A stretch of DNA of 64,000 nt from Smithellaceae bacterium. Lineage in GTDB: Bacteria > Desulfobacterota > Syntrophia > Syntrophales > Smithellaceae. A model generated the notes under the pieces. That model saw only the letters and a program-made list of their open reading frames with translations, was not told where the DNA came from and made no database searches. A program made the translations under genes and the position numbers. This document shows positions 29,979 to 40,655 of the stretch, piece by piece. Within the stretch, counting starts at the first letter, position 1. Each line of letters opens with the position of its first letter. The stretch covers positions 320,001-384,000 of the forward strand of contig CAXXVL010000002.1 of the NCBI GenBank assembly GCA_963667845.2, read 5' to 3'.

Positions 29979-31118
29979 ATGAACCCACTGCCGTTGGCGC
30001 CATTGAAATACAGGCATTCCATCCTGCTCATCGATGATGAAGAGCGCATCCTCGACATCATGACGATGATGCTGGTGGATGAAGGCTATGACCTGCACAC
30101 GGCGGGCTCTGCCGAAGAAGGGCTTAAAATATTACAGGAATTCAGCAATTTTTCTCTGATCATCTCCGATCAGATGATGCCGGGCATGACGGGCGTGCAA
30201 TTCTTCACGCAGGCCCGGATAATCTGTCCCAACGCCCTGCGCGTCCTGCTGACCGGATATACCGACATGGAGGCGATCATCGACGCAATCAACAGCGGCG
30301 GGATTCATCTGTACCTCACCAAGCCGTGGCACAAAGATGATCTTCTTTATTCGATCAACCAGCTCTTGTCCAAAGCCGAGCTGCTCATTGAAAACCGCCG
30401 TCTGGATGAACTGGTCAAAAAACAAAATGCCGAATTATTGGGACTCAATAGAAATCTGGAAGAAAAAGTTCATCTCAAGACATTGCATCTCGACCAGCGT
30501 GCCGAGGAGCTTAAAATCAGTTATGAAAGAATCCAGCTCATTCTGGAAGGAACAGTCCTCGCTATGTCCAAGATCGTGGAGAGCCGCGATCCTTACACGG
30601 CGGGCCATGAACAACAGGTCGCCCGCATCGCCGACATCATCGCCCGGGGGATGTCCCTTCCTCATGATAAGGTAGAAGCCATTCGGATTGCCGGAACACT
30701 TCACGACATCGGTAAAATTGCCGTGCCTTCCGAGATTCTGACCAAACCCCGGACATTGAACCATCTGGAAATGGCGTTGGTCAAGACGCATTCTCAGAAT
30801 GCTTATGATATTCTGAAGACGATCCAATTTCCTTATCCGGTTGCCGAGATCATCCTGCAGCATCACGAAAGGATGGACGGTTCCGGATATCCGCAGGGCT
30901 TAAAAGGTCCGGATATCCTTCTGGAGGCGCGCATCGTCGGTATCGCCGACGTCCTGGAAGCCATGTCGGCGCACCGCCCTTACCGTCCCGCGCTCGGTTT
31001 TGAAGCCGCTATTGATGAAATCACCCAACAGCGCGGAACGCTTTACGACGCGGATGTTGTTGATGTCTGTCTCGGCATCTGTTGGGCCGACATTCAAAAG
31101 GAATTCCTGCCCGCATAG
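29979..31118 (+). CDS. Response regulator with HD-GYP phosphodiesterase domain
   Basis: IDDE...ISDQMMPGM receiver; HDIGK and HHERMDGSGYP. Confidence 0.93.
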   Translation: MNPLPLAPLKYRHSILLIDDEERILDIMTMMLVDEGYDLHTAGSAEEGLKILQEFSNFSLIISDQMMPGMTGVQFFTQARIICPNALRVLLTGYTDMEAIIDAINSGGIHLYLTKPWHKDDLLYSINQLLSKAELLIENRRLDELVKKQNAELLGLNRNLEEKVHLKTLHLDQRAEELKISYERIQLILEGTVLAMSKIVESRDPYTAGHEQQVARIADIIARGMSLPHDKVEAIRIAGTLHDIGKIAVPSEILTKPRTLNHLEMALVKTHSQNAYDILKTIQFPYPVAEIILQHHERMDGSGYPQGLKGPDILLEARIVGIADVLEAMSAHRPYRPALGFEAAIDEITQQRGTLYDADVVDVCLGICWADIQKEFLPA

Positions 31119-31194
31119 ATCCATGCACTGACAAATTTTGAGGGGTTATATCCGGGGCATCGCACCAGCCGCTATGGGTCGGCTGATGGAAAAT

Positions 31195-31845
31195 CTATTT
31201 TTTCGGATACAGATCGTTTGCGGTGATATACTGACGCACAGGGTCCGGCGTAAGATAACGCACGGATTGCCCGGCTTTCACGCTCTGGCGAATCCGGGAC
31301 GAAGAGATGTCCAGAAAAGTGACGTCGCGGAAATGCAGCACACATCCGGCCGGTCCCCGATAGCCGTGAAGGATTTCATCATAGTTGAAACGGGATGCGT
31401 AATCTTCAGGGAAGATCCCCGCAAGCCCCCTGTTGTCGTACCCCGGCCGTGTGATCACGATGAAGTGGCAAAGCGACAACAGCTTTTCCCATTCATGCCA
31501 GGTCGTAATTGCATCAAAAGCGTCCTGACCGGTGATGAAGTATAATTCCAGATTTTTATCATGCGACGCTAAAAAATGACGGACCGTATCAATGGAATAG
31601 GATTTTCCTTCTCTTCGCGATTCCACGTCCGAAAAGGAAAAAGAATCATTGCCGGCAATGGCCAGACGCACCATCTGCAGACGATGTTCGAAGGGCGTAA
31701 TCAGATGCGCCGTCTTGTGCGGCGGAAAAGCGGCGGGAATAAATATCACACGATCCAGGTGAAGGACTGTGAGCAGCTCTTCCGCAGCGCGCAGATGACC
31801 GAAATGAATCGGGTCAAATGTTCCGCCGAAGAGCCCCCATTTCAT
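31195..31845 (-). CDS. nadD: Nicotinate-nucleotide adenylyltransferase
   Basis: [22 protein letters not shown]. Confidence 0.95.
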   Translation of the reverse strand: MKWGLFGGTFDPIHFGHLRAAEELLTVLHLDRVIFIPAAFPPHKTAHLITPFEHRLQMVRLAIAGNDSFSFSDVESRREGKSYSIDTVRHFLASHDKNLELYFITGQDAFDAITTWHEWEKLLSLCHFIVITRPGYDNRGLAGIFPEDYASRFNYDEILHGYRGPAGCVLHFRDVTFLDISSSRIRQSVKAGQSVRYLTPDPVRQYITANDLYPKK

Positions 31846-33098
31846 GTGCGAACCTGGCCGTCACCGTAGACGATAAACTTCGATGTGGTGAGTTCCTCAA
31901 GCCCCATCGGCCCGAACGCATGCAGCTTCGTGGTCGAAATGCCGATTTCCGCCCCCAGTCCCAGCTCGGCACCGTCACTGAAACGGGTCGAAGCGTTTAC
32001 CAGCACCGTTGAAGAATTGACTTCGTTCAAGAACCGCTGAGAGTTGGTATAGTCTTTGGTGATGATGGATTCCGTGTGCAGCGATCCGTACTTTTCAATA
32101 TGCGCGATGGCATCATCGATTGAGGAGACGACCTTCACCGCCAAAATCAGATCCAGATATTCCGAGTACCAGTCTTCCTCGTCCGCCTTATCGATATGCT
32201 TCAGAATCTTTCTCGTTTTTTCGCATCCCCTGAGCAGAACACCGGCTTTCTGCAGCTGATCCGCCATTTTCGGCAAAAACTGAGAGGCAATGTCTGCGTG
32301 CACGAGCAGGGTCTCCAGCGCATTGCAGACACCGGGGCGCTGCACTTTGGCGTTCGCCGTGATATTGACGGCCATGTCGATATCGGCCGAAGCATCCACA
32401 AAGATATGACAGACGCCTTTGTAATGTTTAATCACGGGAATTTTGGACTGGGCAACGACAGCGCGGATCAGTTCTTCGCCGCCCCGCGGAATGATCAAAT
32501 CAATACATTCGTCGAGTTGCAGCATGGTTGAGACCGCCTCACGGTCGGTGAAGGGAATGACCTGAATGGCCTTGTCCGGCAGCGGGCTTTGCCGAAGAAC
32601 ATCCTGCAGGACGGAGGCGATGGCCAGGTTGGAATGAATGGCTTCCGACCCGCCGCGTAAAATAACGGCATTGCCCGATTTGAGACACAGGGCGGAGGCA
32701 TCCACCGTGACATTGGGGCGTGACTCGTAGATGATGCCGATCACCCCGAGCGGGATCCTCATCCGTCCGACCATGAGGCCGTTGGGACGGCGCCACATCG
32801 ATGTCACCTGACCCACCGGATCACTGAGGGCGGCAACGTCGCGCAATCCCTGAACCATTGCCTCGATCGTTGCCTCTTTGACCGTCAACCTGTCGATCAT
32901 GGCCAGGGAAAGATCTTTTTCCCGGGCGCAGGTGACGTCGCGGTTATTTTCGGACATGATGAAATCGCGATGCCACGCAAGCTCGTCGGCCATGCGCAAC
33001 AAGGCGGCATTTTTCACATTGGCGGACATTCGGGAAAGACGGCGTGACGCCGCAAGGGCGTCCTCTGCTATTTTTTTTACATTGCTGTGAATATCCAT
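31842..33098 (-). CDS. proA: Glutamate-5-semialdehyde dehydrogenase
   Basis: [42 protein letters not shown]. Confidence 0.97.
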   Translation of the reverse strand: MDIHSNVKKIAEDALAASRRLSRMSANVKNAALLRMADELAWHRDFIMSENNRDVTCAREKDLSLAMIDRLTVKEATIEAMVQGLRDVAALSDPVGQVTSMWRRPNGLMVGRMRIPLGVIGIIYESRPNVTVDASALCLKSGNAVILRGGSEAIHSNLAIASVLQDVLRQSPLPDKAIQVIPFTDREAVSTMLQLDECIDLIIPRGGEELIRAVVAQSKIPVIKHYKGVCHIFVDASADIDMAVNITANAKVQRPGVCNALETLLVHADIASQFLPKMADQLQKAGVLLRGCEKTRKILKHIDKADEEDWYSEYLDLILAVKVVSSIDDAIAHIEKYGSLHTESIITKDYTNSQRFLNEVNSSTVLVNASTRFSDGAELGLGAEIGISTTKLHAFGPMGLEELTTSKFIVYGDGQVRT

Positions 33099-33288
33099 CG
33101 TGCTTCCTCTAATTGGGTATTTTAAAATGACTTGCAATTTCTGTAATTATTGATAAAAGCCGCATCAATTCTAATAACGAGGACCGTTTGAGAAAATAAC
33201 GCATCTTGACTTTTATTTGTCCAACGGTGATGATCATATTTACAAGACAAAAGGATGTGTGTCAAGGGCTTTGCCCAGGTAATTTTTC

Positions 33289-34356
33289 ATGAGTCGATTG
33301 CGCATTAAAGCCGGGAAAAAAGCTTACGAAATCATTAAAGACGGCGGATTTAACTTTGATGCCGTTTCGGCGTATTTCGGCGCCGCTGTCGGACCGCGCT
33401 GGCTTGTCGCAACCGGGTTTGACCTGACCCTTCTGACCCAGGGCCTTCTGGGGCGGAAACGGGCGGTCCATCTTGTCGGATCGTCGGCCGGCGCCTGGCG
33501 TTTCGCCGCATGGCTGCAGCCCGAGGCCGCCGATGCCTATCACAAGTTTATGCATGCCTATATCACCGTGGGTTTCAGCCGCAAAGACACGCCGGCAACC
33601 ATTCTGGATAAATTCGCCGACATCATGAATGCCTACATCGATGATGATGCTTTGTCCTTCGCCCTGGCCAATAAGCGTTACCGCTTGTCGGTCATCACGG
33701 CCCGCGCGCGGGGTCTTGTTGCTTCCGAGAAAATCCCGCTGCAGAAAAGCGCGCTGGCCGTGTGCTACGCTCTGAACTATTTCAGCCGCAATAATCTTTA
33801 CGCTTTTGCCGACCGGGTCGTTTTTTACAATGGTTCCAAGCCGCCTCCTTTTTGTTTCCAGCCGAAATTCCGCGGCACGTATGTGCGAATCAACGAAGCC
33901 AATTTCAAATACGCGGTCATGGCCTCGGGTGCGATCCCGCTGATTGTCGCCGGTGTGCGGAATATTTTTGGCGCGCCGCGGGGCGTTTATCGCGACGGCG
34001 GCCTGATTGATTATCATCTGTCGCACCAGTTTGCCGCAAAGGACAATGAGCTGGTCCTTTTCTTCCATCATCAGGAAAGAATCATCCCCGGCTGGCTGGA
34101 TAAGAATATCCGGCGGCGCGTCCCTGACGACCAGACATTGAGCAATGTCGTCATGGTCTTTCCGTCGCAGAGCTTCATTGATAAACTACCCGGGGAGAAA
34201 GTGCCCGATCGAGATGACTTTTTGACTTATGCCGACCAGGGCGGGAAGCGGATTGAAAACTGGAACAAAGCGGTGGAATTGTCCGCTCCGTTGGGCGAAG
34301 ATTTTCTGGAATTGGTCGAAAGCGGCCGGATTCGTGATATGGTTGAAAAACTTTAA
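33289..34356 (+). CDS. Patatin-like phospholipase family protein
   Basis: GSSAG nucleophile elbow and YRDGG motif. Confidence 0.75.
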   Translation: MSRLRIKAGKKAYEIIKDGGFNFDAVSAYFGAAVGPRWLVATGFDLTLLTQGLLGRKRAVHLVGSSAGAWRFAAWLQPEAADAYHKFMHAYITVGFSRKDTPATILDKFADIMNAYIDDDALSFALANKRYRLSVITARARGLVASEKIPLQKSALAVCYALNYFSRNNLYAFADRVVFYNGSKPPPFCFQPKFRGTYVRINEANFKYAVMASGAIPLIVAGVRNIFGAPRGVYRDGGLIDYHLSHQFAAKDNELVLFFHHQERIIPGWLDKNIRRRVPDDQTLSNVVMVFPSQSFIDKLPGEKVPDRDDFLTYADQGGKRIENWNKAVELSAPLGEDFLELVESGRIRDMVEKL

Positions 34357-34357
34357 T

Positions 34358-34451
34358 TTTTAAGTTTTAGATTTTAAGTGTTAAGTATCAATGAAGCCTT
34401 CCACGTCATCTGTTTTAACGTAAAACGTAACACCTAAAACTTAAAACCTTA
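34358..34451. repeat. Inverted heptamer tandem repeats forming a long hairpin
   Basis: TTTTAAG-like x4-5, then complementary CTTAAAA-like x5. Confidence 0.7.
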
Positions 34452-34477
34452 TTCCATTAACGCCTTACACCGCAATT

Positions 34478-35410
34478 GTGGCAATTATGATCATTCAAGA
34501 ACTGTTAAATATTTACACCTCCTGCACGCTTTGCCCGCGGGCCTGTCGTGTTGACCGGTCAAAGGGCAAGCAGGGTTACTGCCGACTTCCCGCCGGGATT
34601 ATTATGGATTGTACACTGGCCCACCACGGTGAAGAACCGCCGCTTTCAGGAACACGAGGCGCCGGCACGATATTTCTATCTTCATGCAACCTCGGATGCA
34701 TCTATTGCCAAAATTACCAGATTTCCCATCACGCCTGCGGCCGCGAACTGACCGTTTTACAATTGGCCAAAGTGATGCTTGATCTGCAGAAAAGCGGCTG
34801 CCACAATATCGAGCCGGTGACCCCGACGCCCCAAACCCCTCTGATCATGGAGGCCCTGTGTCTGGCGCGCGCCCAGGGCCTCACCGTTCCTTTCGTCTAT
34901 AATTGCGGCGGCTATGAAAATCCTGATGTCATCCGTCTCCTCGATGGTATGGTGGATATCTACCTGCCGGATTTTAAATACGGGCTGGAAGAAGATGCCC
35001 GGCTGTTTTCGGATGCCCCAGGATATCCGCAATTTGCCATCGAGTCGATCAAACAGATGGTGCGGCAGGTAGGCGACGATCTCCATGTGGAAAACGGTGT
35101 CGCCACTCACGGCATTATCATCCGCCATCTGGTTTTGCCCGGTCGGCTGGAGAATTCCCGCAGCGCGCTCAGTCTTTTGAAGGATGAAATATCGACCAGC
35201 GTCCCGATCAGCCTCATGTCTCAGTATACGCCGATCGCGCGGGTGCGATCACACGCGCAGCTGGGACGGCGACTCACAAAAGCGGAATATTCACAGATCG
35301 TGGATTGGGCCCTCGATCTGGGTTTTGAGAATCTATTCGTCCAGGATGTCAATGATCATGATCTGACACCGGATTTCAATCGTGACAACCCTTTTGATCC
35401 GTCGCGGTAA
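34478..35410 (+). CDS. Radical SAM protein, PflX-like
   Basis: CTLCPRAC, HHGEEPPLSG, CNLGCIYCQN, DIYLPDFKYG, RHLVLPG, SLMSQY. Confidence 0.88.
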   Translation: MAIMIIQELLNIYTSCTLCPRACRVDRSKGKQGYCRLPAGIIMDCTLAHHGEEPPLSGTRGAGTIFLSSCNLGCIYCQNYQISHHACGRELTVLQLAKVMLDLQKSGCHNIEPVTPTPQTPLIMEALCLARAQGLTVPFVYNCGGYENPDVIRLLDGMVDIYLPDFKYGLEEDARLFSDAPGYPQFAIESIKQMVRQVGDDLHVENGVATHGIIIRHLVLPGRLENSRSALSLLKDEISTSVPISLMSQYTPIARVRSHAQLGRRLTKAEYSQIVDWALDLGFENLFVQDVNDHDLTPDFNRDNPFDPSR

Positions 35411-35413
35411 AAT

Positions 35414-36028
35414 ATGCAGAATGATCTCAGGACAATTTATGACCGATTTGCCGATACCTATGAAAAGAACCGCGCTTTATTTGACATGTCCGATGTCATC
35501 GCCGACTTTACTGCCCGATTGACCGGCCGGCCGGGTCTTCTTCTTGATCTGGGCTGCGGCGCGGGAGAACCTTTCCCCGCTCACTTCATCAGTGAGGGCT
35601 GGCAGGTGGTCGGTGTGGATTTTTCGGAAAGGATGCTCGCACTGGCCCATCGATATCACCCGGATATAAAAACCGTCTTTGCCGATATCCGTGACGTGGA
35701 TTTTCCGGAAGGACGGTTTGACGTCGTCACCGCCATCTATTGTCTCTTTCATATTGAACACGAAAGGCATGCGGAGATTTTCAGAAAAATTCACCGCTGG
35801 CTTGCGCCCGGCGGAAAATCACTCTTTACATACGCCACGAAGGAATATACGGGTGCCGATGTTTTCAATGGTTACAAGGAGTTTATGGGTGAGCAATTAT
35901 TTTACTCTCATATGTCGCCTGATGATCTTTTTGCATTATTGGAATCAACGGGCTTCAATGTGGAAGCCAGACAATATCGCCGGATCGGCGATGAAACTTT
36001 TCTTTGGGTTACCGTTGCCAAACCGTAG
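35414..36028 (+). CDS. Class I SAM-dependent methyltransferase
   Basis: LLDLGCGAG, GVDFS. Confidence 0.88.
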   Translation: MQNDLRTIYDRFADTYEKNRALFDMSDVIADFTARLTGRPGLLLDLGCGAGEPFPAHFISEGWQVVGVDFSERMLALAHRYHPDIKTVFADIRDVDFPEGRFDVVTAIYCLFHIEHERHAEIFRKIHRWLAPGGKSLFTYATKEYTGADVFNGYKEFMGEQLFYSHMSPDDLFALLESTGFNVEARQYRRIGDETFLWVTVAKP

Positions 36029-36148
36029 CAATTTCGTTTTTGTACACCGAGATCTTCTTCCGGAACAGGCGAAAGAATCACGCCCGGGTGATTGGAGACC
36101 ATGCGCCGAAATGCTGTTAAGGGAAACATGCAACCCATTCCGGGACCA

Positions 36149-36865
36149 TTAGGGCATTTTAAAAATGCTGACGCCTGCCGGCTGCTGGAATTGAAACAAT
36201 TTTGCGGCAAGGCCGGTATTCATTTTTATGTTGGAAAAACTCAGGACCGTTGAATTCCCCATCACATCATCGAAACTGACCCGAACAATGTAAAAGCTTT
36301 TCCTTTCAATAGTCATTTGCAGATACTGATAGGAAGTTCCTTTTTCACGAGGATACAATTGAAGCAGGTAATTGCCGCTCTTGTCGAGAGCTCCGGGAGC
36401 ATATTTAATTGTAAAATCATCTTTGAGCTTTCCCAGACCGGACAGGAATTTAATCAGGGCTTCGGATTTGAAAATCTTGTCGGATTCCTGAATATAAACG
36501 GCTTTATCCTGGGGCAGGTAAAGCCAGGCTTTCTGTGCATTAATGATCAGTTTCTTCGCTTTCGGCTTTCTATAATCCCACAGCATCTGTTTAGGATTCT
36601 TAAAATAGACGATTCCTTCTTCCACATCGGTTTTCCGGATGGATTTCACGGTGGTTTCTTGAACAAAAGCCGCCTGAAAATCCTGGGTCTTCTCATAAAT
36701 TTGCTGGAGCCGGTTTATCGATTCTTCAATGGGAGGCACTTCGGCGGCTCCGCAAAGAGACGACAAACCCATTCCTAAAAAGCATATTATAAAAACAATG
36801 GCTAGCTTTCCGCCTTCAAATAACTCATTTTTATTGTGATTTTTTTTCATCTTTTTTGTCTTCAA
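36149..36865 (-). CDS. lolA: Outer-membrane lipoprotein carrier LolA
   Basis: FQAAFVQET, GIVYFKNPKQMLWDY, FQFQQPAGV. Confidence 0.85.
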   Translation of the reverse strand: MKTKKMKKNHNKNELFEGGKLAIVFIICFLGMGLSSLCGAAEVPPIEESINRLQQIYEKTQDFQAAFVQETTVKSIRKTDVEEGIVYFKNPKQMLWDYRKPKAKKLIINAQKAWLYLPQDKAVYIQESDKIFKSEALIKFLSGLGKLKDDFTIKYAPGALDKSGNYLLQLYPREKGTSYQYLQMTIERKSFYIVRVSFDDVMGNSTVLSFSNIKMNTGLAAKLFQFQQPAGVSIFKMP

Positions 36866-36899
36866 AAAATATCAAAAAATTGATTGAAAGTGGCACATT

Positions 36900-37100
36900 T
36901 TTTTCAAAGGAGTTTATATCCTGATCGTAATATAATCATAAGTAATGATGATCAAAGGGTATATAATTAAGTTATTGATATCATTGATTTATATTCCTGC
37001 CTAAACCTTAGGCAATCAGGTCCAAAAGCCTAACCATCGCGGGCTTGTCCGCGTTGTCAACATAGTTATCAACAGACTTTTCCACAATATTGTGGACTAC
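36900..37100. promoter_or_regulatory. DnaA-box cluster with IHF site and AT-rich segment (oriC-like)
   Basis: TTGTCAACA 37054, TTATCAACA 37066, TTTTCCACA 37078, inverted TGTGGACTA 37091; TATCAA-N4-TTA on the minus strand at 36968-36980. Confidence 0.55.
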
Positions 37101-37161
37101 AAATTCAAAAGGCCGAATCCGGAAATAAAAAAGCGTGAGAGCACCTGTTTTCTTTCGGCCT

Positions 37162-38232
37162 TTAAGCAAGCTGCACCCGCCAGCCGAAAGGATCCTCTTT
37201 GAGGCCATACTGAATTTTCATGATTTCATGATACAACTTTTCAGCAAGAGGTCCGGTCTTCCCTTCACCAATGAGATATTCCTTTTTCTGAAAATAAATC
37301 TGCCCCACCGGAGAAATAACAGCCGCAGTTCCTGACGCAAATGATTCTTTGAGAGTCCCTTTTTCGATCGCATCGATCACTTCCGTCATCGCCAACGGTC
37401 TTTCAGAGACCTTCACACCCAGATGCGTCGCCAGTTTAATCACCGAGTCGCGCGTGACTCCCGGCAGAATGGTGCCCCGAAGAGGCGGCGTAATCAATTC
37501 ATCACCAATCACAAAAAAGATATTGCTGGTGCCCACTTCTTCCACATATTTATTTTCGCGCGCATCGAGCCACAACACCTGCGTGTAGCCCATATCGCTG
37601 GCAATACGGCTTGCATAAAGACTCATGGCATAGTTGCCGGCGGACTTGATATTTCCGGTTCCCCCCGGAGCCGCCCGCACATACTCCTCGGAAACATAAA
37701 TCTTCGTCGGACCAAACCCATGCGCATAATAAGCGCCCACGGGCCCGGCGATAATAAAAAAGAGATATTCGCTCGACGGGTGCACACCCAGAGCGGGCTC
37801 GGTGGCAATCATCGTCGGTCGGATATAAAGAGACGATCCCGGTTCTCTGGGGATCCACTCTTTCTCCAGCAGGACAAATTGTTTCAGAGCGTTAAAAAAC
37901 ACGGTTTCATCAATCCGTGCCATGCAGAGCCTTTCAGCGGACACATTCATCCTGCGGATATTCTCCATCGGACGAAAAAGATAAATTTCATCATGCTTCC
38001 CCCGGTAGGCTTTCAAGCCTTCGAATATTTCCTGGCCGTAATGAAGACACATTGCTGTCGGATCAAGCTGTAAAAGTTGATACGGTTCAATGACGGGACT
38101 ATACCAGCCGTCGCCCTCTTTGTATTTCATGGTAAACATGTGGTCGGTGAAATGCTGGCCGAAACCCAGCTTGGTTTGATCGGGTTTTGGCTTCAGATAT
38201 TTCGGAAGCGCTTTGATGATTTTGATTTCCAT
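37162..38232 (-). CDS. ilvE: Branched-chain amino acid aminotransferase
   Basis: FTDHMF, LHYGQEIFEGLKAY, LYIRP, KSAGNYA, ILPGVTR, GTAAVI. Confidence 0.96.
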   Translation of the reverse strand: MEIKIIKALPKYLKPKPDQTKLGFGQHFTDHMFTMKYKEGDGWYSPVIEPYQLLQLDPTAMCLHYGQEIFEGLKAYRGKHDEIYLFRPMENIRRMNVSAERLCMARIDETVFFNALKQFVLLEKEWIPREPGSSLYIRPTMIATEPALGVHPSSEYLFFIIAGPVGAYYAHGFGPTKIYVSEEYVRAAPGGTGNIKSAGNYAMSLYASRIASDMGYTQVLWLDARENKYVEEVGTSNIFFVIGDELITPPLRGTILPGVTRDSVIKLATHLGVKVSERPLAMTEVIDAIEKGTLKESFASGTAAVISPVGQIYFQKKEYLIGEGKTGPLAEKLYHEIMKIQYGLKEDPFGWRVQLA

Positions 38233-38299
38233 AATTAATTCCTCTTAAAAAAAGTATCTTCCAATGATGAAGATTCACTAAATGATTTTTTGCATATCA

Positions 38300-38917
38300 C
38301 TAAACTATGCTGCGATCAAGGCTTCGATACTGAATCGCTTCCGCGATATGCGCAGACTCGATTCTTTCAAGCCCTTCCAGATCGGCAATTGTTCGGGATA
38401 CTTTCAAAATGCGGTTCATTGCCCGCGCGGACAGCCCCAGTTTTTCGATAGCCATTTCCATAAGCTGATGCGACTCCTCATCAATTGCACAAAAAGACCG
38501 GATGTGCCTGTCCGTCATTCGGGCATTCGTGACGACACCGGAATCGCCGAAACGTTTTTCCTGCTTTTCGCGTGCTGCATCCACCCTCTTTTTGATCATC
38601 GCCGATGGTTCGCCTTCTTCCTTTCCCGTCAGCGCGCGATATTTGACCGATGGCACTTCAATGTGCAAATCAATTCGATCCAGAAGGGGACCCGATATTT
38701 TTGTCTGATAGGAACGTATCTGCGAGTGAGAGCAGCGGCAGCTATGGACACGGTCTCCAAAATAACCGCACGGACAAGGATTCATCGCGGCCACCAGCAT
38801 AAACTGAGCCGGGAAGGCCGCAGTCACGGTCGACCGGGTGATAGAAATGGTCCCTTCCTCAAGCGGCTGACGAAGCGCTTCCAGCGCATTTCTCTTGAAT
38901 TCCGGCAGCTCATCGAG
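38300..38917 (-). pseudogene. comM: comM (YifB/Mg-chelatase-like ATPase), 3' half, interrupted by the element
   Basis: LDELPEF..LEALRQPLE, AMNPCPCG, SGPLLDRID, LSARA..RILKVSRTIADL. Confidence 0.93.
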
Positions 38918-40655
38918 CAATATCACTACACAATAATTCACTTCTATTTAAACCACTTATAAGAGATTCTATTCGGTTCAAGTCTATATTGAATATACAT
39001 TCGATAATCGGATACTTGTCTATCAATGGTTCATGAAGTTGTTTTTCCGGTACGTTGCCTATATCATCCACAAAATCGAAAAGAGTAACATGCCGTAAAA
39101 GACATTTACCCCCAGTTTCAACAGATACAACAGCTTCAATCAGCCTCTTTTTTTCACGGAAAGGCAGATTATATAGAAATTCCCTAAATTGTTGTAATGT
39201 AACAAAATATTTTTTGATCATACTCTTTTTATTTGAGGGAGCAAACGCTTTTTCAAATTCGGCAAATCGGTCAATTTTATTTTGTAGAAAATTTAATTCA
39301 TATTCCGCATTTTTAAGTTTTGTAACGTTTTCCGCATACTCTGCTTCATCCTGCGATTGCATTGTTTCATACATTGTTTTTATCTTGGCATTTACAGTTC
39401 GGGTGATGAGTTGATAACCGTCTCTTAATCTAGTTTTTAATTCATTTTCTCGTTTTCTTAATCTTTCAACTTTAAGTTTCAATTCCTCAGCACTTTGATC
39501 ACGATACCATGATTTAGCGAATTGAGAAGGATCAGATAAAATTTTAACGACCTCTTCGAATATTTGCGCATCGACTCTATCAGCATTAACATAATTTAAT
39601 AAACATTTTTTGCGGCCTTGAATTGCTCGATCTTTTTCCGACGTTTCCCACCAATAGCAGCAGTAATGAAATTTATTTATTTGATTTATTCTCTTTTTAA
39701 TCTTTGCTCCACAATAGCCGCAAAATAATATGTTCTCGGCCATGAATTTTTCCGGAAAACCTACGTGACGCTTTTTAGGTCTCTTTTTTTTAGATTCGAT
39801 AAGTGACTGTATAGTGTCAAATTTTTCCTTAGATATGAGGGGTGGATATTTAACTAATATCCATTCATCACGTTTTTTTTCTTTCTTAGAAACTGAGAAA
39901 TATTGTTTGCCTGATTTTGATTGATTGGATTGAAACTCAAATTGATTATAGTAGATTGTACCTGTATAGGCTGGATTTCGTAAGATGTCGCGAATGGTCG
40001 CATTGTGCCATGTTACCGAATTTCCAGGTGAAGGAATCCCTTCTGCTTTCATCTTGAGCGCAATATCTCGCATGGCGTAATTTTGATCCAGATATAGAGA
40101 TATTATTTTTTCGTAATTTGCCCTGTTTTGAGGATGAACTTTGATGATCTTCTTTTTTTTATCCCATTCGTATCCGTAGGGAACGCTTCCCATGATCGAC
40201 TCATTACTTTTCCATCGAGTCATTCTACCACTTGACGTTCGCTGTCGAATTAAACCACTTTCAAATTCTGAAAAAGTTGAAAGCATATTTAGTATCATGT
40301 CTCCGTAGAGGCCATTCTTATTAATTTCTGTTTGTTCAACACAATAAAATTCAACAGACAATTCTTTTAATTTGTAAAGGATGTTTTTTACATCCCGAAC
40401 ATTTCTGCCTAATCTGTCAAGCTTTGTAAACATGACAAGATCAAATTTACCATCTTTTGCGTCATTAATGAGATTCTGAAGACCGGGACGATTATCATTT
40501 TTACCTGAAAATCCATCATCGCTGTAAAACTTATAAAGTACGTTGCCTTGTGCCTTACATTGCTTTTCAATAATCTCTCTTTGTTCGTCTGGTGAAGTTC
40601 CATTTAAAGCTTGTTCTGCCGTACTAACCCGCCCATATCCAGCCACTCTTTTCAT
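38910..40655 (-). CDS. Large serine recombinase (integrase)
   Basis: YGRVST catalytic Ser, DDGFSG..RPGL, DRLGR, PYGY, ILRNPAYTG, CGYCG zinc ribbon, coiled coil. Confidence 0.95.
   Translation of the reverse strand: MKRVAGYGRVSTAEQALNGTSPDEQREIIEKQCKAQGNVLYKFYSDDGFSGKNDNRPGLQNLINDAKDGKFDLVMFTKLDRLGRNVRDVKNILYKLKELSVEFYCVEQTEINKNGLYGDMILNMLSTFSEFESGLIRQRTSSGRMTRWKSNESIMGSVPYGYEWDKKKKIIKVHPQNRANYEKIISLYLDQNYAMRDIALKMKAEGIPSPGNSVTWHNATIRDILRNPAYTGTIYYNQFEFQSNQSKSGKQYFSVSKKEKKRDEWILVKYPPLISKEKFDTIQSLIESKKKRPKKRHVGFPEKFMAENILFCGYCGAKIKKRINQINKFHYCCYWWETSEKDRAIQGRKKCLLNYVNADRVDAQIFEEVVKILSDPSQFAKSWYRDQSAEELKLKVERLRKRENELKTRLRDGYQLITRTVNAKIKTMYETMQSQDEAEYAENVTKLKNAEYELNFLQNKIDRFAEFEKAFAPSNKKSMIKKYFVTLQQFREFLYNLPFREKKRLIEAVVSVETGGKCLLRHVTLFDFVDDIGNVPEKQLHEPLIDKYPIIECIFNIDLNRIESLISGLNRSELLCSDIAR

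Noticed and set aside
19039..33090. Numerous long antisense ORFs over moeA, mfd, uvrA and proA
   Set aside because: Expected shadows of GC-rich coding sequence
37008..37208. 66-aa ORF containing VEKSVDNYVDN
   Set aside because: Translation artefact of the DnaA-box array
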